64,000 bases of DNA from Macrostomum hystrix (lineage: Eukaryota; Animalia; Platyhelminthes), in NCBI GenBank assembly GCA_950097015.1, contig CATNEN010000002.1:4154001-4218000 (forward strand), in the 5' to 3' direction. The translations under genes and the position numbers were made by a program. This document shows, in pieces, positions 12,367-24,642 of this stretch (position 1 is the first letter of the stretch; each line of letters opens with the position of its first letter). The notes beneath the pieces were generated by a model. It was not told the origin of the DNA. It saw only the letters and a list, made by a program, of their open reading frames with translations, and did not search any database.

Positions 12367-14892
12367 ATGTCGCTGCATCGCCTCAGACAGAAGACGAACG
12401 CCTATGCCAGGCATCGGCCGTTCTTTCGTCTGCTGAACTGCATAACAGGAGATGCTGCTGAGTGTGACGAAATAGCCACAACAGCTACTACTGACACAGC
12501 TATCAGTTCGGACAGCTGCAACAAGCATTGTCAACATTGCCCGGAGCATTCAGATCGTCAACAACTTGCCAAATGTCATGGAAGGGTTTGCGTGCTTCAA
12601 CAAAAGCGCCGGTTAAACAACGACAGCGGAAGCCAGACTAGCTGCTGCGAACTTCTGACTGATGAAGGCATCGACGTTGGCAGATCACCGTGTCAAAATT
12701 TAAGACATCGACATCATCATCACCATCGCCATCACCATCACCGCCATCAACGGAGTCGTCAACTGGGCCATGGAGCTAGTCCTGCTAACTTCGGGTTATC
12801 GTCACTCAGCGGAGCATCTGGCGATGGCAAGAACCGGCGGAGTAAGCGCCTCATGGTTGCCATGCTCGAAGACGGAAGCACCGCGCCTCACGGGTCTGAC
12901 TGTGGGTCAAGCTGCGATCGGGATCGGATGCGCATTCGTATGACTCACAACCAGCGGAGTATTAGGCGCATATTTAACCAGCTGAGCGCCACAATGGACC
13001 CTGAAAATTGTTGCGACTCCACATTGGAGATTCGAGAATCCTACAAAGAGAGAACATCGCATCGACATCAGGAGACTCCGAAGACCTCACAAACAATGGC
13101 GATGCCATTTTCACCACCGCCTCAACAAATCTCAGAGGATTCTGAGCGACAGGCCCTGCAAGAGCCCCCACCGCCCTCAAATATTCAACCTTCACGACCG
13201 AGCCAGACAAATCCACCGCCACCACTGCCGCACACGGCTCCACCGTCAAGACAGGGCCAGACAAATCCACCGCCACCATTGCCGCACACGGCTCCACCGT
13301 CACGACAGGGCCAGACAAATCCACCGCCACCACTGCCGCACACGGCTCCACCGTCAAGACAGGGCCAGACAAATCCACCGCCACCACTGCCGCACACGGC
13401 TCCACCGTCACGACCGAGCCAGACAAATCCACCGCCACCACTGCCGCACACGGCTCCACCGTCACGACCGAGCCAGACAAATCCACCGCCACCACTGCCG
13501 CACACGGCTCCACCGTCACGACCGAGCCAGACAAATCCACCGCCACCACTGCCGCACACGGCTCCACCGTCAAGACAGGGCCAGACAAATCCACCGCCAC
13601 CACTGCCGCACACGGCTCCACCGTCACGACCGAGCCAGACAAATCCACCGCCACCACTGCCGCACACGGCTCCACCGTCACGACAGGGCCCGACTAATGA
13701 AACTTCCGCTGCGCCTTCGACTACTCAAGCATCTCAGTTGACAGTTAAGCCTTCGCGACTACCACAGCAGCAACAGTCAAATCAGGCACTGCATCCACCT
13801 GTCGAATCTGTTCGAGTCTCTTGTGATGCGACGCCCGTGCAGCAGATGAAAAATGAGCACCAACTGGACTATCAGCAACAGCACGGTCCCCATCTAGTCA
13901 GTCATCAAGTTCAAAAGCAAGATAATCGGAAGACAGGTAATAAAACTAAAATAAAATACCGTATCACAATCTACCCTTGCATCAATGCGGCAAGAACATT
14001 ATTCTCAAAATCATCACAGTGATTCGTAGAAGCGGCCGTCACGGCTATCGCCTCTTTCGCCGGGTTTTCTCGGCCTCGAACAATTACTACGCTGCCCCGT
14101 TCCCGCCAATTGAGTTGATCCGCATCAGCAAGGACGAGGACCAATGGGAGGACTTGCAGATTGTCGTCTGCGGGCACAACGGCGTAAAGACGATCAAGCC
14201 GAAAGCAAGTACTTTTGTATTTCTTCACCGAGGGGCCGGGTTTAAATCTGAATCGAAATAAAATATATGCGAAGCTAGATTTCAGGAAGTAACGTTTTAG
14301 GATTACCTTAGCTACCAGTTGTGTCACTGGGGGTCATTTACAGGCCTCTGATAGAACTAATGGCTCCAAGATTCCACGAATGGTCCAACCGGCTTATCAG
14401 AAACGTCCGACGCCCCCAGATGTTCAAGCGGATTGCCAGCAGCAGAAGCAGCAAAAAGTGCAACAAAACCAGTGCAACAGCGCCTGTGTTAGCCAACTGC
14501 AAGCCAGATGGCAAAAAAGCGCTGTTAGCCTTGCAGGAAACAATCGGCACGCTGAGCCGGTGAGTCTCACTTTGAATTGTCGACTCATTAGCGAATTGTA
14601 ATAATAGGTGTAAAACAAACAATTTCCTGCTGTTGTTTCCATGTGGCCTCCCTATCAGCTGAACTTTGGTTACTCTCGTCAGCAGCCGTTCATTCCCAGT
14701 CGGTCGGCTATGCGCGTTGGCGCCAAAGCGGTTGTCGGCGGATCTGTTCGTCAGCGAGCGATTTTGCTACCGCCGACTCCGCCGCCGCCGCCGAGTTCGC
14801 AGTTTTGCGCCGCGTCATTTAGGCGCCGGAAGGAGCAACCAGTTCACGAGCTCGGAGTCAGACGTGACAGCAGCAGATTAGCGAAATTATAG
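12367..14892 (+). CDS. Uncharacterised His/Pro/Gln-rich protein; exons 12367-13936, 14020-14204, 14344-14559, 14659-14892 (734 aa)
   Basis: ATG at 12367, 1.57-kb open exon, phase-consistent junctions (phase 1, 0, 0) giving one open frame to TAG at 14890-14892; intron 2 needs a GC donor; no family recognised. Confidence 0.6.
13195..13690 (+). repeat. Coding minisatellite, 54 bp x 9 (R[QP][GS]QTNPPPPLPHTAPPS)
   Basis: In-frame repeats within exon 1 of the orphan gene. Confidence 0.95.
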
Positions 14893-15320
14893 GTGGCGCA
14901 TGAGTGCAACCCTGTACCTAGTGACGTTTAAAAGAACTGTTGGCTTTAGGTAGAGCGCAGAGTTTTCCCTTTATTACTTTTTTAGAAAAGGGCTTGATGT
15001 CGCCAGTGACAATTCTTAGAGTAACGCGTTTCGCGTTACTTTCCTTTGCATTTCAGCACGATTGACTACCCACGTTGCTGTAGAGTACATTAGCTTTTAA
15101 GGTTTTCTCAGTCGTGTGGCCCGTATGAGATTTCCTTTCCATTTCCGCAACTTACGAAGCTTTGTTTTTTTAATTAGAACTTGCGGACTTTCGTCGTAAA
15201 AAATAAGACAATTTTATTTATAAACATAAAGCAAGGCTTATCTAGTCCGAATGTAAATGCACTTTTGTAATGATTGGACTGTACATTGCTGTTTTAACAT
15301 TATTTCAGTTCTTTATTTAA

Positions 15321-15381
15321 CAACCAACCAACCAACCAACCAACCAACCAACCAACCAACCAACCAACCAACCAACCAACC
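15321..15381. repeat. (CAAC)15 microsatellite, left flank of LINE
   Basis: Direct inspection. Confidence 0.98.
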
Positions 15382-18118
15382 ATCCGAGTTCTCGACGGGC
15401 GGACACCGGCGGCCAGACCATCCGCAGCCATCAAGGACTCGGCCAACCGCTGCGCCACCACGAACTCACAAAAGGCCAACCTTTTCTGTAGAGAGTACGC
15501 AACGGTCGCGCAACTTCCTAAAGACAAAGTGCGGGACCACACAGTCAAACTTGAGGCCAGAAGAGCCCTTGATGAGCCCTGTGCGTGCAACGGACAACGC
15601 CTGGGAATGTGTGCTGACTTCGACCTAGAGGCGCTCACCCGAGCCCTCCGCGCCATCCCGAGCCGGTCCGCCCCAGGGCTAGACGGGATTTCCAACTTGA
15701 TGCTGAAGAATCTGCCGCCAAAGGGGATCGAGCTCCTCCTCTTCACCATCAACCTTTCTTGGCGTAGCGGCCAGTGTTGCGCTGCCTGGAAAATCGGCGA
15801 CATCAGGCCGATACACAAGCCTGGGAAAAGCCCGGACGCGACCTCCAGCTACCGCCCCATCTGCCTCCTTTCCTGCACGGCGAAAGTCGCGGAACGTCTG
15901 GTTAACGAACGCCTCACGCACTACCTGGAGTCCGAGAACCTCATCCACCCGGCCCAGGCCGGCTTCCGCCGAGGTCGCTCTACCGAAGAGCAGATTGCCG
16001 CGGCATCCCAGTACGTCTTCGACGGCTTCCAGAAGAAAAAACCGGCAAACCGTACAGCGATGCTGTTTGGGGACTTCTCGCATGCATACGAGCGCATGTG
16101 GCGACAGGCCCTCATCGCTAAGTTACGCCGTAAGAAAGTCCCGACCTGCACGCGCCGCTGGATTCACTCGTATATCTCCGATCGACGTGCCATTGTGACC
16201 TGGGACGGCAATCAGAGCCCCCAACGCCTCTTCCCTGAGGGCCTCCCCCAAGGCTCCGTCATCGCCCCGACTCTGTGGACGGTGTTCGTCGATGACCTGT
16301 TGGAGGATGCCCCAGAGGACATCTTCTCTCTGGCGTACGCCGACGATACGACCTTTGGCGCACAAGGCACGAATTTGAAGATCTGTGAAGCAAGACTGCA
16401 AAGCGCGGCGAACTGGCTCGTCGAGTGGTGCACGACTTGGAAAGTCGACCTGAACAAATCCAAAACAGTCGTCACCTACTTCTCCCTCGACCCACGTGAG
16501 ACAAACGGCAAGGCGAGACCAAATATCAGACTCGGAGACATGCCAGCCCCATTCGAGGAACACCCCAAGATGCTGGGCGTGTACCTCGATTCACAGCTCA
16601 CGTTCCGCCACCATGCGGCGGTCCAAAAGCGCAACCTGCAGAAGCGGACAGGCGCCCTGAGGTGCCTTGCTGGTCGAGACTGGGGGCGCGACCCGAGATC
16701 TCTCAGACAGCTTTACCGCACCTACGCGGAAGCGGCGGTCCTACACGGCGCCTCCTCTTGGATGAGCTTTGCGTCCGACGCCTGCCGCCGGGAAGTTGAG
16801 ACCCAGCACCTCGCCGCAGCGCGCGTTATCTCGGGGTGCTGCCGATCCACCCCGACTGCCGCGCTCCTCAAAGAGGCCGGACTGGCTCCACTCAACACCT
16901 CGGCTACGGCCGCTGCGGCTACGCTGATGGAGAAAACCCGGCGAGCAAGACAACAGACACCGCTCAGAACGCTGGCCGAATTCGACGTTCAACCGAGAAT
17001 CCGCGCTCACGGCAACCACGGCGATTTCAGACGCAACTGGAGGACGGAGGCCAACGGCCTGATCGCCCGCGCGGGCCTCGCGGGATCCAAGCGCGAACCT
17101 GACAACGTGCCACCGCCTCCCCTATCGCCTAACGACAGGATCCACTTCGCAGCGGAACTCGCCAAACCGACCAACCGGGAGGATCCCCCGCACGTCAGAC
17201 GCCAAGCCGCACTGGAGACGCTGGACCGGCTTCCGGAACCCGCCTTGGAACTCTGGACCGACGGCTCGGCCTCCGGAGGCACCAATAGAGGCGGATCCGG
17301 TGCGGCCCTGTTCATCCGCGAAGCCGCGCCAATCTACCTGACTGCTCCAGCGGGCGCGTTCAGCTCTTCTTTTAGGGCGGAGGAGTGTGCCCTCCGCATT
17401 GGTCTCCTCGCAGCCCTGGAGCGCGTCCCATGGCCCGGTACGGCAGAACTGCGTTGCGCCACTGATTCGCAGGCCCTCATCCGATCGCTCGAACAAGGCC
17501 CGCACTCTCACCTGTCCCCCTGCGGCCGGGACATCTGGCGCCTCCTCCTCAAAGTCCCTGCGGACCACCACGTGACTATCCAATGGGTCCCAGGACACTG
17601 TGACCTGAGGCGCAACGATCTGGCGGACAACCTCGCAAAAGACGCCGCCAGACTCCCACAAGACCAAGCGGAAATCGACCTAAACAGTGCCAAGTCCGCG
17701 ATCCGCCGCACACTGGCCGCCGAGGCTCGCGCTGCCTACGAAGCGGACCCACACTGCCGGACGCACCGCGCTGCCTTCCGCGAAGACCGCAGGTCCGAGG
17801 CGACTCTCAGCAGACGCGAGTTGATCACGCTAGCGCAACTTCGCACGGGCCACTCGCCTCTGCTGGCCCAGTACCGCCACCGGATTGACCAAGAACAGCC
17901 CGCGTCCTGCGGGCACTGCGGACACCAGGAGGAGGACCTGAAGCATGTGATGCTGGAATGCCCAGCTCACGCCCAGACCCGCAACCGCGTCCTCGGCCCT
18001 AACCCGACGCTGGCCATCCTATCCGACGACGGCCCCCGTGTCCTGTCCTATCTCCAGGCGATAGGGTCGCTGACCCGACCCCCGGACCTGCCCGGCCAGG
18101 AACGTCTAACTAACTAAC
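15382..18118 (+). mobile_element. 5'-truncated non-LTR retrotransposon of the I group (I/Ingi/Nimb-like): RT + RNase H + C-terminal Cys/His knuckle; endonuclease missing
   Basis: Frame open from the microsatellite junction (IRVLDGRTP...QKANLF) to TAA at 18115-18117, about 911 codons; RT motifs SYRPICLL, QAGFR, PQGSVIAP, YADD; RNase H WTDGS, AEECA, TDSQA, WVPGH, NDLAD; LRTGH and CGHC...HVMLEC. Confidence 0.95.
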
Positions 18119-18325
18119 CAACCAACCAACCAACCAACCAACCAACCAACCAACCAACCAACCAACCAACCAACCAACCAACCAACCAACCAACCAACCA
18201 ACCAACCAACCAACCAACCAACCAACCAACCAACCAACCAACCAACCAACCAACCAACCAACCAACCAACCAACCAACCAACCAACCAACCAACCAACCA
18301 ACCAACCAACCAACCAACCAACCAA
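18119..18325. repeat. (CAAC)~51 microsatellite, right flank of LINE
   Basis: Direct inspection; preceded by (TAAC)3 at 18107-18118. Confidence 0.98.
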
Positions 18326-18871
18326 GTGTGTATGGATTGTGGAGGATTTGTCCTCAACACAACAAAATCCCGAGAGATTGTGCTGAACACTCAAGTACCA
18401 GTTGTCACGGTTGGAAGCCATGGCTTCTGCTTCTACCTATTAGCTACTAAAAGTACAGATGTTCAGACTTTCGGACCTTGAGGATTGGGATCTTAAAGTA
18501 TTGGGGGGTATCTTGCGAGGTTAGGGGATCTTGAGTTTCAGGCTAAACAGGAAAAACAGGCGCACTAGATAGACCCTAAAAGACTTAGCCAAATAGTTGG
18601 TCGGCAGGGACGTTGTAGAATATTATCTTAGAAATAGCTCTCAGCCTGACTTAATATCATCGTGCAGCGGGGCCGCAGACATAATTTGTTTAAGTATAGA
18701 CTTAAGGCTGAAGATTGAAGAGGAAGAGGCGTTGATATTTTAAGCATGAAATTACTAAATACTAAGACAGTTCGCTTAACAATGCATGGTGCTTATTTTA
18801 AGTTGTAATTCTAAACGTGGCAATTTTTAACACATGAGTACTTGTTTACGAGTACTTGCTGTTCCCTAAAA

Positions 18872-19219
18872 TGGCTGTGCAGTGGGCATGGCACATCCTT
18901 TGGTGACACTAGACCCGCAGCCAGCGAGTAGGCAATTCTGCCCATTTCGCTGACTCCTGAGCACACATGCACACAGATACTGTACGCAGGCACACACTCA
19001 CACAGGTGTGTACATCTGCCCTGACTTTCTCATCGTCAAGCATTGTACACTCTCACTGTGCCTTGGAGGTTGGCCCTCAAGGGCGTAAATTGCACGACAA
19101 GCCCCCAAGCCTTCTCTCCGTGGCTGCGCCCCAAATGAATGTGGCCTCGCCGCGGAATCGAGCTCGGGGACCTCGGTGCGAGAGGCAAACGCTTTAACCG
19201 CTCTGTCACTGACCACCCC
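18872..19219 (-). mobile_element. SINE family A, apparently full-length (about 350 bp) tRNA-derived copy
   Basis: Minus-strand head GGGGTGGTCAGTGACAGAGCGGTTAAAGCG...GAGCTCGATTCC (A/B-box-like) followed by the body found in five other copies. Confidence 0.8.
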
Positions 19220-19274
19220 TGTGGGGGAAATTATAGTCTATGGGAAAAACTCGGTCGGAAACCTTCGTGAAAGT

Positions 19275-19399
19275 CAAGGGCTTCTATATAATAGCATCTG
19301 GACTGGACTAATTCCATAGAAAGCAGGGGAAAACTGGCCTCATGAGGCAATGGGTATTTCTTTGCTTCCAGTCCAGATGCTAATATATAGAAGTCCTTG
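19275..19399. mobile_element. 125-bp MITE, 33-bp TIRs, 8-bp TSD GTGAAAGT (hAT-like by TSD length)
   Basis: TIRs 19275-19307 and 19367-19399 are 31/33 complementary; identical GTGAAAGT at 19267-19274 and 19400-19407. Confidence 0.9.
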
Positions 19400-20334
19400 G
19401 TGAAAGTTCAATGTCAAACAGCAATGGGAAATAGTCTTTGGGAAATCTTTTAAATGGGAAAACCACGAGTGTTGCAAAAAGAATTAATTTTGAATATCAA
19501 TATTTTAATTTGTTCAAGAAAATTTTGTATCTGGTATTTCTTAAATTAAACATAAGCATATAGTGTATTGCTTTTTCTCCGTGTCAGTAACAATAATAAC
19601 AACAAAAAATGCAATCTAATCTCCTTTTCCACATGCTGAAAATGGATTGTGAGTTCGCTCGTCTGTGCGTGGGACAATGCCAGCTCACAGCTCAGGCCTA
19701 TAGTGTTTCGTCTGAAAGCAGACAGAGCTTGGCAAATATCAGGTTTTTTTCACTTTTGCTAGCTCTTATAGACTGAGGATTAAAAAAATCGGTGCTGACG
19801 CATACCTCAGTGCGCGTGTAATAGCTAAGACCTAAAAAAAACTGAACTCTCACATTGAGAACTGCTCAGAAAAATTCGCCGCTGCTAAACATTATAGTTG
19901 GGATGAAATGTACTTTATATGTAATGCTATATAATGGCTTTCTAGACTTCAAACTCGACCGCGTCTGCTTGTCAGCCCGTCCGTGATGCTCAAAACAGGA
20001 GGTCTCTTACCCCCCCCCCCCACTCACCCTGACCAAGCCATACACAATTCCTGTTTTCTAGCTCAACATGACCACTTTATGAACCTCGTCTCCAGCGTAC
20101 AGTCAATTATCCACCCACGCACTGAACACCGCTTCAGCTTTTAGCTCACAAATAATTTTGCCCCTGAACCTGGGTGCTGGTTCGCTCAGAAATTTTCTCA
20201 TTTTTTGTGTGTCTGCTTCTTTTAATGAAAAAATTTCTTAGAAACAGTTTCACACAAGTTTTGTAAAATTCTCCAGAATAGGTTTTTGTAATAAATCTAA
20301 ATCTAACACGATATTACCCACTGTCTAACAGCTT

Positions 20335-21410
20335 ATTAGCCATTGTCTAACACCTCATTAGCCATTATCTAACACCTCATTAGCCACTATCTAACACCTC
20401 ATTAGCCATTGTCTAACACCTCATTAGCCATTGTCTAACAGCTCATTAGCCATTATCTAGCAGTTTATTATCCATTGTCTAACAGCTCATTAGCCATTAT
20501 CTAACAGTTTATTATCCATTGTCTAACACCTCATTAGCCATTATCTAACACCTCATTGGCCATTATCTAACACCTCATTAGCCATTATCTAACACCTCAT
20601 TGGCCATTATCTAACACCTCATTAGCCATTATCTAACACCTCATTAGCCATTGTCTAACACCTCATTAGCCATTATCTAACAGTTTATTAGCCATTATCT
20701 AACACCTCATTAGCCATTATCTAACACCTCATTAGCCATTATCTAACACCTCATTGGCCATTATCTAACACCTCATTAGCCATTATCTAACACCTCATTG
20801 GCCATTATCTAACACCTCATTAGCCATTATCTAAGACCTCATTAGCCATTGTCTAACACCTCATTAGCCATTATCTAACAGTTTATTAGCCATTATCTAA
20901 CACCTCATTAGCCATTATCTAACACCTCATTAGCCATTATCTAACACCTCATTAGCCATTGTCTAACACCTCATTAGCCATTGTCTAACACCTCATTAGC
21001 CATTATCTAACACCTCATTAGCCATTGTCTAACACCTCATTAGCCATTATCTAACACCTCATTAGCCATTATCTAACAGTTTATTAGCCATTATCTAACA
21101 CCTCATTAGCCATTATCTAACACCTCATTAGCCATTATCTAACACCTCATTAGCCATTGTCTAACACCTCATTAGCCATTATCTAACACCTCATTATCCA
21201 TTATCTAACACCTCATTAGCCATTATCTAACACCTCATTGGCCTTTATCTAACACCTCATTGGCCACTATCTAACACCTCATTAGCCATTATCTAACACC
21301 TCATTAGCCATTATCTAACACCTCATTAGCCATTATCTAACACCTCATTAGCCATTGTCTAACACATCATTAGCCATTATCTAACAGTTTATTATCCCTT
21401 GTCAAACAAT
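20335..21410. repeat. Tandem minisatellite, 22 bp unit (TCTAACACCTCATTAGCCATTA)
   Basis: Direct inspection. Confidence 0.96.
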
Positions 21411-21944
21411 TTATTAGTCAGTTTCTAACAGTAAATTAATTTAACAGGTTTCAGTTTAACCAGAGATCAGCCAAAGTCTAAAAGTCTAAGTCTTAGTGAA
21501 TTTGAAAGCCAAATTTGCATGAAGCATTATCAAGTACATAGTCAAAACAGGATGAAAAACGAATGCTGTCAAAACTTACTTTTACCCTCTGCTGAATAAT
21601 AATTGTTCGCCATCCATTCCTTTAGCGGTAGATAAATTTTGCAGACACAGGAAATTATCTCAGTAAGCTAATTATCTGCATGGACACAAGTACATTTGAC
21701 GCAGACACAGGTGCTTACAGAACTAGGGCCACTTCATTTTAGTTTCCTGCTAGCATTTGGTGCACGCGACCTTTTGCTAAAGTAGCTGTTGCTTTCCAGT
21801 TTCCATTTCTTGTGCATCTTTTAAGGTTTACTGTCTGTTGGGCACGTACGCGTTAGGAACAAAATTTAAATTAAAAAGTAACATATTTAATTTTTTAAAG
21901 GCTTTCATCAATTTTTTCGTATTGAGAATGAGAAGTGCTCAACT

Positions 21945-22485
21945 AAGTGATTGAAGTGTGCTTAACTGAGTGATGTAGGTGTGCTCAACTGAGTGATGTA
22001 GGTGTGCTCAACTGAGTGATGGAGGTGTGCTCAACTGAGTGATTGAAGTGTGCTCAACTGAGTGATTGAAGTGTGCTCAACTGAGTGATGGAGGTGTGCT
22101 CAACTAAGTGATTGAAGTGTGCTCAACTGAGTGATGGAGGTGTGCTCAACTGAGTGATGTAGGTGTGCTCAACTGAGTGATGGAGGTGTGCTCAACTGAG
22201 TGATGGAAGTGTGCTTAACTGAGTGATGGAAGTGTGCTTAACTGAGTGATGGAAGTGTGCTCAACTGAGTGATGGAAGTGTGCTCAACTGAGTGATGGAA
22301 GTGTGCTCAACTGAGTGATGGAAGTGTGCTCAACTGAGTGATGGAAGTGTGCTCAACTGAGTGATAGAGGTGTGCTGAACAGAGTGATGGGGTGTGCTCA
22401 ACTGAGTGATGGAGGTGTGCTCAACTGAGTGTTGGAGTTGTGCTCAACTGATTGATGAAGGTGTGCTCAATTGAGTGATGGAGAA
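21945..22485. repeat. Tandem minisatellite, 23 bp unit (TCAACTGAGTGATGGAAGTGTGC)
   Basis: Direct inspection. Confidence 0.95.
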
Positions 22486-23039
22486 GTTCTCACGAGACTG
22501 GTGATAAGTTAACTGGTTATAAATTGACTGGTGATAAGTTATCTCTGCCTGGTGATAAGTTGCAATACGCGTCAGCAACTGACAGCAGTCTCTGTGAGCT
22601 AGTTCGGTTTGGTAGCAGGTAGCAATGCAAGTACAACCAACACTGATAGGAGCTTATAAGTACAAGCTGAGCAGCCTAGATGAACCACTCGGTGATTGAA
22701 GCGACTCTTTATTAAATAAACCGAGAATTCAAAGCGAAATTTTACTGACACTGACTGGCACCCATACTATACGCTCCAGTGCTTTGGCACCGAAAACTGC
22801 TCTCACCATTTTTAACTTTTAGACGCCGCCAACCTAGGATCGATTGGAGCTCAAAGCAGCCACGGGCCTTTGATTTTTTCTGACTTGTAGTTTCATAATT
22901 ATTTTCCCATTCCGTCTAAAGCCTGAACATTAGTGTACTCAGCTAGAACTTCTAGTACTTCGCGCAATCTTAAGCACATCAATTAATTAAATTGGCAATC
23001 AATTATTGGCAGTTTCGAACGAGCCTTATTGTGCGGCAT

Positions 23040-23187
23040 CGTCAGCACCTCAGCAATTCTGCGCGTTGACAACGAGACCGACTCTTGCCACCGCCTTCGT
23101 CAGGCCATCCAGCAGCCGTTGGGCTCCTTCGACCGTCGAATATAGCAGCGCGTTGTCGTCGGCGAAATCGAGAGCGCAGAACCTCTT
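23040..23187 (-). pseudogene. Degenerate LINE (RTE-like) reverse transcriptase fragment
   Basis: Minus strand reads KRFCALDFADDNALLYSTVEGAQRLLDGLTKAVARVGLVVNA, i.e. the FADD catalytic motif and the following GL.IN segment. Confidence 0.8.
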
Positions 23188-23224
23188 CTATACCATTAGA
23201 ATATCACAGAAACTATGAGACAGC

Positions 23225-23491
23225 AGTGGCGGAGCTTTCAAAACGTTAGCCTCTCGCACCAAGGTCCCTGAGGCGAGGCTACATTCATTTGGGGCGCAGC
23301 CGCTGGGAGAAGGCTTGGGGGCTTGTCGCGCTATTTTTATCCCTTGAGTTCACCGCCTGAAGATGAGAAAGTCAGGGCAGATGTACACACCCTGTGTGAG
23401 TGTGTGCTCAGGAGTCAGCGAAATCGGCGGAATTGCCTCATCGCTGGCTGCGGGTCTAGTGTCCTCAAATGATGTGCCATTGCCCACAGCC
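23225..23491 (+). mobile_element. SINE family A copy with internal deletions
   Basis: gcctctcgcacc head remnant, acattcatttggggcgcagcc, gatgagaaagtcagggcagatgtacacac, ggctgcgggtctagtgtc. Confidence 0.8.
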
Positions 23492-23954
23492 CAGGTCTTA
23501 CAAAAAATATCTATCATTAATGCTTTTCTTGGAAAACCACATTGCTGCCAGTAAAAACATTTCTTTCAAGGATTTTTTTTATCGCAGAACATGAGAAAGC
23601 TTGAATTTTTTTCGAAAACTTTTGTATATTCATAAGCGATGTTTACGGACCAAACCAGAGGCTGAAAGCACTGCCAATCTCTGAGGAGAAATGCAAATTT
23701 GAACAAAACTGTCTGTGTTTCAGTACGCAAACGAACTTCGTATTTTGACAGTTACTAACGCGATACACTTTTATCACTGGGCTTAATCCCAGGAGCCACC
23801 CGGTGTGATTATCAGGTTTCTCTAACTCTTTACTGACTGTCATTCTACCTTGTATCAATCTCAAATAGGACTCCATTCTCTCAACTTCCCGCCCAACTCG
23901 CTGCCAAATTCTATTTTCCTGTAGATTTTTTGTGTCCTCGTTTCCTCTTCTTCG

Positions 23955-24040
23955 ACGTGAGAATGTCAGGGCAGATGTACACACCTGTATGAGTGTGCTT
24001 GCGTAATATTTGTACATGTGTACTCAGGAGTCAGCGAAGG
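23955..24040 (+). mobile_element. SINE family A fragment
   Basis: gtcagggcagatgtacacacctgt...ctcaggagtcagcgaa. Confidence 0.65.
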
Positions 24041-24364
24041 TCAGGTCATAGCATAGGTCATAGGCGTAGGTCATAACATAGGTGTGCTACCCTGAAGTTC
24101 AGCAAGTCTCTCTGTCAGTCCATTTTCATCAGTGCCCGTCAGCACTGACTAGGAGAGAAAAATTGTGATGCATTTCATTTGTACTACAAACATTGTCTAT
24201 TGACCCAATTCGACCAAAAACCGCTTGCCTGTAGCCTTCCGAGCTTTTTTCTAACAAGGTCCTGTCACTCAGAAAATCAATTTGCAACGATCACAGCCTC
24301 CTTTTAACCATTGAATACTTTCGTGCCTTTTCACTGGTTTGCAAGCTTTTACACTCTCTTTTAT

Positions 24365-24503
24365 GCTCTCACTCTCGCTCTCACTCTCACTCCCACTCTC
24401 AACTTTAACTCTCACTCTCACTCTCACTCTCACTCTAATTCTCACTCTCACTCTCACTCTTACCCTCACTCTCACTCTCACTCTCCCTCTCGCTCTCACT
24501 TTA

Positions 24504-24570
<67 letters not shown>

Positions 24571-24604
24571 ATCTCACTCTCATTCTTACTTTCACCCACT
24601 CACA

Positions 24605-24642
<38 letters not shown>

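Noticed and set aside
15300-17711. Antisense and alternate-frame ORFs over the LINE, and similar ones over the ADAR, hnRNP and GPCR exons
   Set aside because: Expected shadows of GC-rich coding sequence
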